Virus record (IMG/VR): IMGVR_UViG_3300028569_002586
Location: 1 to 64,000 of that record
DNA length: 64,000 nucleotides
Direction: 5' to 3' (one strand)
DNA from: a virus
Shown: positions 9,204 through 19,015 of the stretch, one piece after another
Layout of the letters: each line of letters opens with the position of its first letter
Numbering within the stretch: position 1 is the first letter of the stretch
Notes under the pieces: generated by a model
What the model was told of the DNA's origin: nothing
The model's database searches: none
The model's input: only the letters and a program-made list of their open reading frames with translations
Position numbers and translations under genes: made by a program

Positions 9204-9864
9204 AAGAAAGCATTTTCATGATATCAGAATACAGATAAGGGGTGTAATACACATGGAACTTGTTGTCAGCATCCAAGTACACAATGCCTAGCTTGCCAAT
9301 GATCTTGCCAGTCATGTTGTGATACATGTAGGCATACAAAGACAACTGCAAACTGTAGATGTTATATTCGCATTCACTCAAGTGATTCAGAGGCTCCAGT
9401 AGGAACGACTTGTATGCTGATACCAAATTAAACTTCTTGTTGGTCTTGAAATCATACACATTGAATGTGTTGCCTAAATCTTCAATAACATCAGCAGTAC
9501 CAGCGATTCTATATGTATGATTATAAACTAGTTCTTCACATTTAGATTTCTTAGGATTATACAAATCAATGCTCTCCAGAGACTCAAGAATATCCTTAAA
9601 CTCTGGGTCTATGTCCCCTGTTTTATTGTAGACATCAATGGCACTGTGTATGTTACTACCGCGAATCTTGCTCACTGCATTCATCTTGTTCCAGCGCTCC
9701 AGAACTTCTTTCTGTGAAATGCCTTCTTTTTCAGCTATTTTTTTGGAATAAAAATCAGAATCAAATTTCTTTTTGAACTTGTTAATCAGAGTAGTAGCAG
9801 AAACGTATTCTAAATCAGTGAAGGTATTTTTATATGAATGAGTAGCTTTGTCAAATTTGAGCAT
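9181..9864 (-). CDS. PD-(D/E)XK Cas4-like exonuclease
   Basis: YVSATTLI, RGSNIH, IAGTADVI, VYDFKTNK, YSLQLSLYAY. Confidence 0.85.
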   Translation of the reverse strand: MLKFDKATHSYKNTFTDLEYVSATTLINKFKKKFDSDFYSKKIAEKEGISQKEVLERWNKMNAVSKIRGSNIHSAIDVYNKTGDIDPEFKDILESLESIDLYNPKKSKCEELVYNHTYRIAGTADVIEDLGNTFNVYDFKTNKKFNLVSAYKSFLLEPLNHLSECEYNIYSLQLSLYAYMYHNMTGKIIGKLGIVYLDADNKFHVYYTPYLYSDIMKMLSYAKSAAA

Positions 9865-9886
9865 ACCTCATTATAAATGAAATGCA

Positions 9887-10111
9887 TTAATTATCAACTC
9901 TAGCTTTTGCAAGGATATAGGAGCAAGTATAGTTGTCAGCAATGGGTTGTTTGAACACAAGCTTGAAGCCTTTGGTGGCAAGCTTTTGATCCAATACTTT
10001 AAACCATTCTTTGGCCACATTCACAAGAATGGAGTGATTCCTTCTGTCAATTAACACAGTGTCTGTGAATTCTTCACAGATGGCCCGGATGTAATCAGTG
10101 TATGTCGTCAT
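9887..10111 (-). CDS. hypothetical protein
   Basis: 74-aa ORF, TAAATA 7 nt upstream. Confidence 0.55.
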   Translation of the reverse strand: MTTYTDYIRAICEEFTDTVLIDRRNHSILVNVAKEWFKVLDQKLATKGFKLVFKQPIADNYTCSYILAKARVDN

Positions 10112-10130
10112 ACACTGATATTTAATCGGC

Positions 10131-10343
10131 TTAGTCTAAGTCTTCCACGTCCTCTTCGTCAACGTATGCAGAATTTACAAACTCTATTTCATCACTTCCA
10201 ACTGCACCAAATTTCACTGCTTTAATTAAGTTATCCAATTCTTCTGTCTTGAGATACAGAATACCCACTTCTTTGTCATCAATTTTTACAGCTATGTGAT
10301 ATGCAACTTCTGAACCACCTGCGTTAACTAGCTCCAATTTCAT
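10131..10343 (-). CDS. hypothetical acidic protein
   Basis: 70-aa ORF coupled (ATGA overlap) to upstream ORF. Confidence 0.55.
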   Translation of the reverse strand: MKLELVNAGGSEVAYHIAVKIDDKEVGILYLKTEELDNLIKAVKFGAVGSDEIEFVNSAYVDEEDVEDLD

Positions 10344-10519
10344 TTAGAATCAGAAACTGAAGACAGCACTGTTGCAATCTTGTTGTAAATCTGGCCAACC
10401 AGGGCCAATTCTTGTGCTTTGAATGCACCTCTCTGTGTGCATACTTCAATTAGTGTGGCAATGGATTTCATATCAGATACTGTCAAGTCTGTTGCAAGTT
10501 CAGTTGGTGTGTCACTCAT
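10340..10519 (-). CDS. small conserved phage protein (absent from ORF track)
   Basis: manual translation MSDTPTELATDLTVSDMKSIATLIEVCTQRGAFKAQELALVGQIYNKIATVLSSVSDSK*; RGAFKxxEL..VG motif recalled from large-phage proteins; fills the gap, ATGA overlap with next gene. Confidence 0.7.
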   Translation of the reverse strand: MSDTPTELATDLTVSDMKSIATLIEVCTQRGAFKAQELALVGQIYNKIATVLSSVSDSK

Positions 10520-10533
10520 ATGTTGATATTATG

Positions 10534-10740
10534 TTATTTAATAGCTAGTTCCACTGGTTTTTTGTTACTAAGAATAATATCTATGTATTTTGATTTGAGT
10601 GTGGCTTCTTCACACCCTGTGCAATGAAAGTCTTTCAAATTGTCCTTTTCTTTTAGGAAATTGTTTCTGAGTTCATTGCAATTGTTTATTTCTTCAGGGC
10701 ATTTCTTATTGCAATCAAAAAAGTCCAATATCAGACTCAT
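10534..10740 (-). CDS. small Cys-rich hypothetical protein
   Basis: 68 aa, five Cys including CTGC. Confidence 0.5.
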   Translation of the reverse strand: MSLILDFFDCNKKCPEEINNCNELRNNFLKEKDNLKDFHCTGCEEATLKSKYIDIILSNKKPVELAIK

Positions 10741-10937
10741 TAAACTTTGAAGCCTGCATTGATGTCATAGACCACAGTGCCTTCATGGTCTGTGATTTTC
10801 GAGATCTCCTGGTAATTGGAAGTTCTGTCATAAGCCTTCTTATGCACCTGCCAGGGGCAATCTTCTTCAATAATAAATTTAAAGTTTTTCTTATTGTTCA
10901 GATCTTTGACGAAGATTGTATATTTTTCAATGCTCAT
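10740..10937 (-). CDS. hypothetical protein
   Basis: 65 aa, coupled to next ORF. Confidence 0.5.
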   Translation of the reverse strand: MSIEKYTIFVKDLNNKKNFKFIIEEDCPWQVHKKAYDRTSNYQEISKITDHEGTVVYDINAGFKV

Positions 10938-11005
10938 TTGTATATGATAGTGTATAAAAGAGAGAGTTCCAGGTTATTTATGTGCAGTATTAAAAAATAT
11001 TAATT

Positions 11006-11677
11006 TTAGCTAGAGAGATTATATTTTAAATAGAGCGTTCTTCTTATTTTATTTTCTGTATATTCTGGGGACATGTGGAATACAGAGCCAAAATGAATAA
11101 CACAGTCTCCTTTTTTAGCAGGAACTTCAATAGCTTTTGATTCATCTATTTGTACACTGTCTATGAGATGAGTACCAGGTAGGTATTTTACTGCATCTAT
11201 GCCAGGTGCACTGTCTTCCAAATATATCCCTAAGATGAGTTTGTTGACCTCGCTTCTTGCTGAGTCTCTATGCCAATCAATGATCTTATTATCTTGCCTA
11301 TTTTTAAAGAAAAGGATACTATTTTTAAACCTATATCTGCTATCTATAAGATTCACATACTGATTGAGTTGACTGTTTAATAAAATTGAAGAAATGGATT
11401 TTAAATATTTGTGCGGATCCATTAAATTTACTAAATCAAAGCTGTTATCTCTTTTGATAAAGAAGGCTTCCCTGTGCACTGTGTCTACGTACAATTGTCT
11501 TGTATGAGTTTTATCTTTTGATAGCAGACTAGTTGAAACTTCTTGGCTGTAAGGCATGAATTGGGAATTTGTAAATTTTTTTATATATGCATCCAGTTCA
11601 CTAGTTAATTCAGAGATAGTTTCAGTAGCAAACCAGCTGCTCTTCACATCATATCCGTCAATTTTCAATTGGCTCAT
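11006..11677 (-). CDS. PhyH-like Fe(II)/2-oxoglutarate dioxygenase
   Basis: WHRD (HxD), GIYLED, YLPGTH, KKGDCVIH..SVFH, RRTLY; start at MSQLKIDGY (11677) preferred over 11740. Confidence 0.8.
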   Translation of the reverse strand: MSQLKIDGYDVKSSWFATETISELTSELDAYIKKFTNSQFMPYSQEVSTSLLSKDKTHTRQLYVDTVHREAFFIKRDNSFDLVNLMDPHKYLKSISSILLNSQLNQYVNLIDSRYRFKNSILFFKNRQDNKIIDWHRDSARSEVNKLILGIYLEDSAPGIDAVKYLPGTHLIDSVQIDESKAIEVPAKKGDCVIHFGSVFHMSPEYTENKIRRTLYLKYNLSS

Positions 11678-12362
11678 ATAAAAACCTATAGTATATAGTT
11701 CTTCTTGTGAATTTTGTGCTGTTAGTAACAGGTGATTCATGAAACACGCTTCCTACATGGACAATAGCGTCGCCTGGATTTGCCTCTACTGTTTCAGTAT
11801 TCTCTATCTTAAAATCAACCTCTTCAATTTTATGTGACCCTGTTAAAAAGCTGACTGCATCTCTTCCTTTGATAGACTCATCCAAATAAACTCCAACATT
11901 TATACTTTTACAGAAATTATCTTTACAAAATTGTGAATCTCTATGCCAATCCATTGAATGGTTATCACCTTCTGTCTTTTTTATGAGGTTTATTCTATCA
12001 AATATTAATCTCCCTTTAACCTGCAGTTCACTAAATACATTATCATAAATTGTATTGAAGAAAAAATCCTTAACTTCAGGATAGTCTACTTCAACATTAT
12101 GAATACAGATAAGAAATCTTTCATTATTTTTTTCATAAAACTCTAAATTTCCAACTAGTTTGCGCTCCTTATTTGATGTAAAATGAAATGACTGACTATC
12201 AGGAATGGATTTTACTTTAAATTCTTTATTCTGAATTTTATTTTTATTTTCTGCAAAAATTGAATCAAATTTTTTACTCAAAAAATCTAAATTTTTCTCA
12301 TCTAATATATTTTTATAATGCTCAAACCCCCTCTCTACTAGTCTCATATTATTATATAACAT
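11658..12362 (-). CDS. PhyH-like Fe(II)/2-oxoglutarate dioxygenase (paralogue)
   Basis: WHRD, GVYLDES, FLTGSH, NPGDAIVH..SVFHES, RRTIY. Confidence 0.8.
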   Translation of the reverse strand: MLYNNMRLVERGFEHYKNILDEKNLDFLSKKFDSIFAENKNKIQNKEFKVKSIPDSQSFHFTSNKERKLVGNLEFYEKNNERFLICIHNVEVDYPEVKDFFFNTIYDNVFSELQVKGRLIFDRINLIKKTEGDNHSMDWHRDSQFCKDNFCKSINVGVYLDESIKGRDAVSFLTGSHKIEEVDFKIENTETVEANPGDAIVHVGSVFHESPVTNSTKFTRRTIYYRFLYEPIEN

Positions 12363-12399
12363 GGAAAATAGTTTATTCTACATTAAATTAAGATAGAGC

Positions 12400-12795
12400 A
12401 TGAGAGTTGTAAATTACAAGGAGTTAAAAAAACTTATATACTTTGTACCGCAGCAATTAGATGTAAGCAAACAAATAGCTGCACTTAGACACATATTGGA
12501 AATTCTACGATCTGGATCAAAGGTGTTGTCAGATTCTCAACAAGAATATCACAATCTGTATAATTCAATTAAATCTGAAGGGATTAAAGAGCCTATTAAG
12601 TTTACCGAATTTTCTAGAGATAGTATTATATTGGTTGATGGTAAGCATCGATGCGCCATAAGCATTGAATTGCAACTTGATAATATTATTATAGATTTTG
12701 TAGATCCTCTAGAATCTATCTTCAGTAAGAATATATCTTCAGATGTTATAAAAAATATTCATAAAGAGATATTTCATGAAAACTGTAATAATTAA
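12400..12795 (+). CDS. ParB/sulfiredoxin-like domain protein
   Basis: LYNSIKSEGIKEPI...LVDGKHR. Confidence 0.7.
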   Translation: MRVVNYKELKKLIYFVPQQLDVSKQIAALRHILEILRSGSKVLSDSQQEYHNLYNSIKSEGIKEPIKFTEFSRDSIILVDGKHRCAISIELQLDNIIIDFVDPLESIFSKNISSDVIKNIHKEIFHENCNN

Positions 12796-13489
12796 TGGAT
12801 TTAGAAGAGGTGGTACAAGCCTTCTTTGGAACATGTTGTGTAGTATCAAGGGCGCTTCTACATTAACTCTGCATAGAAATAACAGGCAAGAGAATGTTGA
12901 GATGGGTGAATATTTTGCTAAAAAAAATGAAAATGATTTCAAGGAACAAGCAAAAGCAACACCTCTGTTGATTGTAAAAGGTGTTGATGATGATATAAAA
13001 TACAATTCCTTAATTAAGCAATATAGTGAACAAGTGTTTGAAATAGGGCTATTAAGATCAAGATTTGCTGTGTGTGAGAGTTGGGTTAGAAGAGGCCATA
13101 CACTCGAAGAATTTATTGAAAAGTATAATAAATTTATTGATGATTTAAAAGCTAACAAGAATAATTTAGTACAATTTAATAAGCTTGTAGCATCTCCTTT
13201 TTATGCGTTAGAAAAAATATGTCAATTTATAAATGAGCCTTGCCCTGTAAATGTTACTATCATGAGCAAGTATATATGGAAAAATGCACATACAAGAGGG
13301 CCTGCTTTCAATAATGTTGGTGATTTTATTACATTTCCTTTTGGAGATCTAAAATTGAGTACAGATTACATAGATTGTAACATCGATCAGCGACATGAAA
13401 AAAATTTAAGTTCTGTTTTAAGAGATTATGTAGAGACAGCGTGCAAGGACTATACAACAGAATTTAATTCCTCTCTATATATACTGTAA
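12776..13489 (+). CDS. sulfotransferase-like protein
   Basis: 5'-PSB loop VIINGFRRGGTSLLWNML; LLRSRFAVCES; VQFNKLVASP...LEKICQFI. Confidence 0.7.
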   Translation: MKTVIINGFRRGGTSLLWNMLCSIKGASTLTLHRNNRQENVEMGEYFAKKNENDFKEQAKATPLLIVKGVDDDIKYNSLIKQYSEQVFEIGLLRSRFAVCESWVRRGHTLEEFIEKYNKFIDDLKANKNNLVQFNKLVASPFYALEKICQFINEPCPVNVTIMSKYIWKNAHTRGPAFNNVGDFITFPFGDLKLSTDYIDCNIDQRHEKNLSSVLRDYVETACKDYTTEFNSSLYIL

Positions 13490-13526
13490 TAGTAGTTCAT
13501 GTTACGTACTTGATTAATATACTGTG

Positions 13527-14294
13527 TTAGAAATTGATGATGTTGTTAAATTGGTTAAATTCATCTCTGTAGTCTTTTAGGATTTTTATCAAGAGTGGAT
13601 CCCCTACAACATTTCTCACATACTTGCAGAAGCATTCATCTACTGTTTTTCCGTCTAGAGGTTTCTTCTCACCTATAAAGTGTATTATTTTAGCTAAACC
13701 AATATTTTCTATAGAAATAAAGTCTGTAGTAAGGTTATATTTTATATTTAAAAAGTAATCAGGAAAAAGAATTTTATTAAAAATCTTTTGATTTCCATTA
13801 TATATTTTCTTCTTAGCTTCATGTAATAACATATTATGTGTTTGATCAGTCAAATATTTTTTAGAGATTAACAATACTCCTGCGTTATATCCTTTTTGAT
13901 CACCAAACGCATAATGCTTGTTTGTTAGATTATGCAGTTCTGATGCACAAAAATCATAATCTAGGTCAAACAACTCATCAAAGTTATCTTTTATGTGAAT
14001 ATCGGTGTCGAGATATAATATTTTGTCAAAATTAGTAAATGTTCTAAACATTTCAAATCTATAGCTTGGGTTAAAATTCCATATTCTATTTTGATTTTCG
14101 AAAACTATATTGTCACATTCGGTGTTATTAATTTGTATAAAATTTACGCTATTTTTGTATTGAAAATCGAACAATTCACTTGATAGTACATATATTGGTA
14201 TTCTACTTTTTACTTTGTTTAAACAGTAGATACAAAATTCCAGATACCTTTTATTGGTTTTATTGCATATGAACACTATACCATATTGCTTCAT
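13527..14294 (-). CDS. GT8-family glycosyltransferase
   Basis: FDKILYLDTD, YNAGVLLI, NQKIFN, KYN, IIHFIGEKKP. Confidence 0.85.
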   Translation of the reverse strand: MKQYGIVFICNKTNKRYLEFCIYCLNKVKSRIPIYVLSSELFDFQYKNSVNFIQINNTECDNIVFENQNRIWNFNPSYRFEMFRTFTNFDKILYLDTDIHIKDNFDELFDLDYDFCASELHNLTNKHYAFGDQKGYNAGVLLISKKYLTDQTHNMLLHEAKKKIYNGNQKIFNKILFPDYFLNIKYNLTTDFISIENIGLAKIIHFIGEKKPLDGKTVDECFCKYVRNVVGDPLLIKILKDYRDEFNQFNNIINF

Positions 14295-15550
14295 ATATTG
14301 AACCCGCGTTTTATATTTTCTTCAAAGGGAAATTTATGTTTTTTAAAGAAGTTGTGTATCGGTGATTTGTAGTTTTTATTTTTAAGTTCAGGTTTAATAT
14401 TTAAAAAATTCTGAACTACATTTATATTTAAGAAAGGATATCTAGCTTCAACTCCATGAACTCCGCATACGGATTCTTCTTTGTATAAATATTTCTCTTG
14501 AGAGCCATGAAAAAAATTATTCCATGGAAATATTTCATCTAAATTTTTAGGAAAAATACCATTTAAAGTAGAGTTATTTTGAACACATCTGCCATGTATG
14601 CCATAATCGCTCATTATTTCATCACACCCTGCTCCTGATATCAGTATGTTTCTTGAATACTTCTTGGCTTCCTCACATATTATGCTCAATCCTATGGAAG
14701 CTTTATCGCTCTTATAGTTATAATAATCTTTATTAAAAATATAATTATCACCAAAAATGTCAATTAAATTATGGTGTTTATTTATAATTAAATTGTTTGT
14801 TTCAACAAAATTAACTTTTCCTAGATACTTGTCTCTTTCATCTAATATGCTTTTTGATTCATTCTTAGGTATACTAAAATAGTGCACGTTTTTGTTTAAT
14901 AGCTTACAACCAAGTGCAATTGCTCCTGAATCATAACCACTACTAATACCCATAAAACACCTGTCTGCAGGTATCAATGCATCTAAGCACTCGAGAAATG
15001 ATTTTTCCCATAAGTCAAAGCTATCTATATGTTGCTCAACGTTCAGTGAGTAAATGCTATCAGCTTTATTAGTTTTTAAATTTAGGATTGAATTGTTAGC
15101 CATTTTGTTAATATTATTAAATCCCAAGTCTTGCAGCACACCATGATACGAGGATATTCCTATTTCTCCATTCTCGTGACTGTAGAACATGGGCTTGGTG
15201 TTGAATAGATCAGCAAACAGGTACAGACAGCCTTTATCAATAAAAACACCTGAATATTCACCAATAATTTCTTTTAAATGCATATCTTTACACAGTTGAT
15301 TGAAAAGGTAGGGGCCATCAGAGGGGTAGCTATTGCAATAGCCATAAATTTCTCCATTATATACCATGCATGAATTATCCTTTATAAATGGCTGTGTTGT
15401 TTTTTCACCTGTGATATGCAACAAATTGTGCACAATATTGAAGTTAGAAATCTTGCTAACACTGGTGCTATCAGGCCCGCGCCTTTTTAATCTTCTATTC
15501 AAGTTATCAATGTTTGTTAATTCTTTTGTTGTGATTAGAAATGAGCACAT
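14291..15550 (-). CDS. asparagine synthetase B-like glutamine amidotransferase
   Basis: Ntn Cys2 (MCSF), RRGPD, YNGEIY, SSGYDS, SGAGCDE, EARYPFL. Confidence 0.85.
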   Translation of the reverse strand: MCSFLITTKELTNIDNLNRRLKRRGPDSTSVSKISNFNIVHNLLHITGEKTTQPFIKDNSCMVYNGEIYGYCNSYPSDGPYLFNQLCKDMHLKEIIGEYSGVFIDKGCLYLFADLFNTKPMFYSHENGEIGISSYHGVLQDLGFNNINKMANNSILNLKTNKADSIYSLNVEQHIDSFDLWEKSFLECLDALIPADRCFMGISSGYDSGAIALGCKLLNKNVHYFSIPKNESKSILDERDKYLGKVNFVETNNLIINKHHNLIDIFGDNYIFNKDYYNYKSDKASIGLSIICEEAKKYSRNILISGAGCDEIMSDYGIHGRCVQNNSTLNGIFPKNLDEIFPWNNFFHGSQEKYLYKEESVCGVHGVEARYPFLNINVVQNFLNIKPELKNKNYKSPIHNFFKKHKFPFEENIKRGFNI

Positions 15551-15598
15551 CTATTCTTATTTAAATTGACTTTGCTCATATTCTAGTTAAGTAATTTG

Positions 15599-16369
15599 AT
15601 GGATGTAGAACAAATACTACATAAAACGGAATTTAAAGAATTTTATAATTATTCTAGAGATATTTTTACTCCGCATAAAAATTTTAAATATAAAAATTGC
15701 ATATCGGTCAATTATAAAGACACCGAAATACATTCTGTAAAATTGTATTTTGCCACATTCATACCGTATTTAGAAAAGGACATTAGGTATTTTGATTATA
15801 ACAAGCTAAAGTATCTGTATAGTATCTGGGATACAGATAATCTGGATAATAAAGGCTTGTCATTTTGTATCAAATATTATCCTAGTTCGAATCAGTTTAA
15901 ATATCAAATGCACTGCAAGGTGAAGCCTGCACCTGCATTCTCCAAGCTATCCTTTTCTAATAATAATTGCAGATATGGTGTTGGTATTGAAAATGAACAA
16001 ATTAAAAATTACATCAATCTAAAAGATAAGAAGGATAAAATTGAAGTTGCTAGGTTATTCAACATGCCTTATTTAAGTTTTTTTGAAGAATTAGAATATT
16101 GTGAATTAGAGAGCAATGTAGCTAAAGTAATAGCAAGCTATGCTAGTAAAGACAAGGATAAGATGTGTGTCTTAATCAAGAAGTATACAGAAGAAAAAAT
16201 TTATAAAGAATTAGACAATTTACTCAATGAGTATAACATAAGAGCTAGGAATATAGGATTTTATAGCAAAGGTAATGTTAAAAGCTATTACCTCTATTCC
16301 CAGCAAACTGATATTGGTGTGGATACATATGGTACGTTTTTAAATAAGAATATATGTTGGACAAGATAA
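15599..16369 (+). CDS. hypothetical protein
   Basis: ATG 5 nt after TAAGTA; Tyr/Lys-rich; no family confidently recognised. Confidence 0.5.
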   Translation: MDVEQILHKTEFKEFYNYSRDIFTPHKNFKYKNCISVNYKDTEIHSVKLYFATFIPYLEKDIRYFDYNKLKYLYSIWDTDNLDNKGLSFCIKYYPSSNQFKYQMHCKVKPAPAFSKLSFSNNNCRYGVGIENEQIKNYINLKDKKDKIEVARLFNMPYLSFFEELEYCELESNVAKVIASYASKDKDKMCVLIKKYTEEKIYKELDNLLNEYNIRARNIGFYSKGNVKSYYLYSQQTDIGVDTYGTFLNKNICWTR

Positions 16370-17091
16370 ACTCTTATTACGATAGATCAACCGATGCATG
16401 GATAAACTTGTTTAATTCAAATAGAATTGAAGCATTTAGATTTTTTGAGTCAGAAGAGGAACATGATAATGTTATTAGTAATGCTTTGAATTTTGCTCCT
16501 GGTGAAAATGTTTTAGATGCAGGGTGTGGAGTTGGATATCCAGGTATAAATTTTGCAAAGAAATTTAGTAAAACAAATTTTTATTTGCTTAATATCAATG
16601 ATTACCAATTAAATAGAATCCCACAACTTGAGAACGTTTTTAAAGTTAAACAAGACTATCATGATACAGGTTTTGAAGATAATTTCTTTGACAAGGTTTA
16701 TTTCCTTGAAAGTTTTTCGCACAGTATTTACAAGAAAAAATTAATTAATGAGATTTTTAGAATTTTAAAACCAGGAGGAAGATTATTAATTTTAGACTTT
16801 TGTAGAAAGAAAAACATAAGTAAAGACACATTAAATGTTCACAGAACAATATATAGCCATTTTCCTATACTGTCTACTCTAATGAAAAAGCTATTTTTGC
16901 CAAAATTTAAAGAAATTTTCTTTTTTGAGAATTTAAAGAATAATATTGTACCTAATAAAGGCTACGATAAGGAAAGATTTTTCTGTTACAATGGCAGTAG
17001 TATTACTGATTTTGGTAAAGTTCATCTGGAGATACATGAAAAAAATGCACATGCACAATATCCAGTTTTTATGATGTATAGCAAAATATGA
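16354..17091 (+). CDS. class I SAM-dependent methyltransferase (sterol/tocopherol MT-like)
   Basis: VLDAGCGVG, FDKVYFLESFSH, EIFRILKPGGRLLILD. Confidence 0.88.
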   Translation: MLDKINSYYDRSTDAWINLFNSNRIEAFRFFESEEEHDNVISNALNFAPGENVLDAGCGVGYPGINFAKKFSKTNFYLLNINDYQLNRIPQLENVFKVKQDYHDTGFEDNFFDKVYFLESFSHSIYKKKLINEIFRILKPGGRLLILDFCRKKNISKDTLNVHRTIYSHFPILSTLMKKLFLPKFKEIFFFENLKNNIVPNKGYDKERFFCYNGSSITDFGKVHLEIHEKNAHAQYPVFMMYSKI

Positions 17092-18125
17092 AATGTAATT
17101 TTTTAAAAAATTCTGCTTATGTGACATTTAAAGGGCAGGTATTGCCATGTACTATGGCTTCACAGGAAGGGGTTTTCGGTAAAATATGCAATGACTCCCT
17201 TGAGGATGTATTTTTAAAGAGAATAAAGAATGACACCATGGACAATACATTTTGTAAGCGATGTATACAAAATGAAGCATATGCTTCAGTTTCTTATAGT
17301 AGATGGAATAATTCAGACGACCCCTTTTATTTTTTAGACTTAAGACTGGATAGTATGTGTAACTTTCGGTGTGTGACATGCGATAAGTATACATCTTATG
17401 GGTTTAAGAAAGAAGATGATACAACTAAGCTATACGATGTTTCAGAAGTAATTTTTAAAAATATGGATTTTATTAGAAAATTTAAAAGAATATACCTAGG
17501 TGGCGGTGAACCATTCCTGGAAAGAAACACCCTAAAATTCTTGCAGCACCTCAATACAGAGCAAGAAGTATTAATATCCTCAAATATAAGCATTTTAAAT
17601 GAAGATACAATACAAGAATTAAAGAGATTTAAACGTGTTATATTCTATCCAAGTATAGATGGTGCTGGTGAAATAGGAGCTTATATACGGTTTGGGTTTA
17701 ATGAAGATACATTTAAAACAAATTTTTTCAGGCTAAAAAATGATTTTGAATGCATACCTGTTGTAACAGTGAGCGCACTCAACATTATGCACTTAGATGA
17801 TATTTTAGTTTTTCTTAGAGACATAACTAGCGAATATAATAAAGTTTATTTAAATATTTTAGAATATCCAGACCAGATGAGGATTAACATTTTACCTAAT
17901 TTCTTAAGGGTTAAAATTTTACAAAATTTAGAAACATTGCTGTTACAGTCTGATGCTTCGTATATAGTAGATGCACCCTATAATTTATATAGTGGAATAA
18001 AATTACTTCAAAAAAAATTAGTGGAGCCGTCAATTTTGAGCTTTAACCATCTGAGAGATGCATTAGTTCAAACGGATATATTGAGAAAAAATACATACAA
18101 AATTTTATTTAAAAATCTTTTATGA
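17088..18125 (+). CDS. radical SAM protein with N-terminal twitch/SPASM-like domain
   Basis: GQVLPC...CKRC, then LRLDSMCNFRCVTC (CxxxCxxC), GGGEP, SIDG. Confidence 0.85.
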   Translation: MKCNFLKNSAYVTFKGQVLPCTMASQEGVFGKICNDSLEDVFLKRIKNDTMDNTFCKRCIQNEAYASVSYSRWNNSDDPFYFLDLRLDSMCNFRCVTCDKYTSYGFKKEDDTTKLYDVSEVIFKNMDFIRKFKRIYLGGGEPFLERNTLKFLQHLNTEQEVLISSNISILNEDTIQELKRFKRVIFYPSIDGAGEIGAYIRFGFNEDTFKTNFFRLKNDFECIPVVTVSALNIMHLDDILVFLRDITSEYNKVYLNILEYPDQMRINILPNFLRVKILQNLETLLLQSDASYIVDAPYNLYSGIKLLQKKLVEPSILSFNHLRDALVQTDILRKNTYKILFKNLL

Positions 18126-19015
18126 AGATATATTTCTTGAGTGATATTGATCTGCCTAACTATCTGGAAGATAGTGATTTTTATTCATATATGAATTATG
18201 ATGACATAAAAGAGCATGCCTTAAGGAAAAAGCTCTTTAACTATAGCTTTACAGGAAAATATATTCATACAAATTATGCTTACTGGCTCTGTAAAAACAA
18301 TGGTATGGATGTACATCTAATTAAGAATACCAAAGATGTAGAGAAAGGTGCGCTAGTTTTCTTTCATTTTGATCATAAACATCTTATTTATAAAAAAGAA
18401 AATATAGTGTTAGTGCAGATTATTGCAGACAGACCTATTATACCTAATATTGATTTCTATACATCTTCATCAAAATATTTTATTAAAGATAATATTTTGT
18501 ATTTACCTGAACCAATTCCTGCAAAAAATTTAATTGTGCATGAAGATAATGAGTGTACAATCCCTATTAATTTTAGATTTCTTGGAATGAGACACAAGCT
18601 GCCTGGTTTTATAGATCATAAATTTATACAAGATATGAAAGCTAAAGACATTTCCATTAAAACTGGTGACAGCAAGGCATTTATTGACAAAAATGATGAT
18701 GTGTTTTTTTATTTGAGAGATGAAAGTGAGAATATATTTTTAAAGCATGGCAATAGAGTTAAATTGAGTTATCTTTTAAGAAAGCCTTACATAGGCAACA
18801 TAAACAGAGCTGAAGAAGAGTGTATTTTAACTAGTACTGATATAATTAGTATACCTTATAATAAAAATGATCTTGTTGATCAGATGTTATATTTAAAAGA
18901 TCCTGCTGTTTACAAGCAATATAAGATTAATCTTTCTGTACATCGTGACACTATTCTTAATGAATTTCTAGCATCTATTAAGAATGTTATTTCTCAAATA
19001 CAATTGTCTCTTTGA
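18122..19015 (+). CDS. hypothetical protein, possibly GT-B-like
   Basis: coupled to radical SAM gene; KHGNRV..SYLL.KPYI weakly resembles GT-B C-terminal motifs. Confidence 0.4.
   Translation: MKIYFLSDIDLPNYLEDSDFYSYMNYDDIKEHALRKKLFNYSFTGKYIHTNYAYWLCKNNGMDVHLIKNTKDVEKGALVFFHFDHKHLIYKKENIVLVQIIADRPIIPNIDFYTSSSKYFIKDNILYLPEPIPAKNLIVHEDNECTIPINFRFLGMRHKLPGFIDHKFIQDMKAKDISIKTGDSKAFIDKNDDVFFYLRDESENIFLKHGNRVKLSYLLRKPYIGNINRAEEECILTSTDIISIPYNKNDLVDQMLYLKDPAVYKQYKINLSVHRDTILNEFLASIKNVISQIQLSL

Noticed and set aside
9181-9864. CRISPR-associated cas4
   Set aside because: Solo Cas4-like nucleases are common in phages; no array or other cas genes
10534-18125. RiPP cluster (Cys-rich 68-aa peptide + radical SAM + AsnB as lasso cyclase)
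   Set aside because: No leader, RRE, peptidase or transporter; AsnB retains its glutaminase domain; neighbours are glycan-type enzymes
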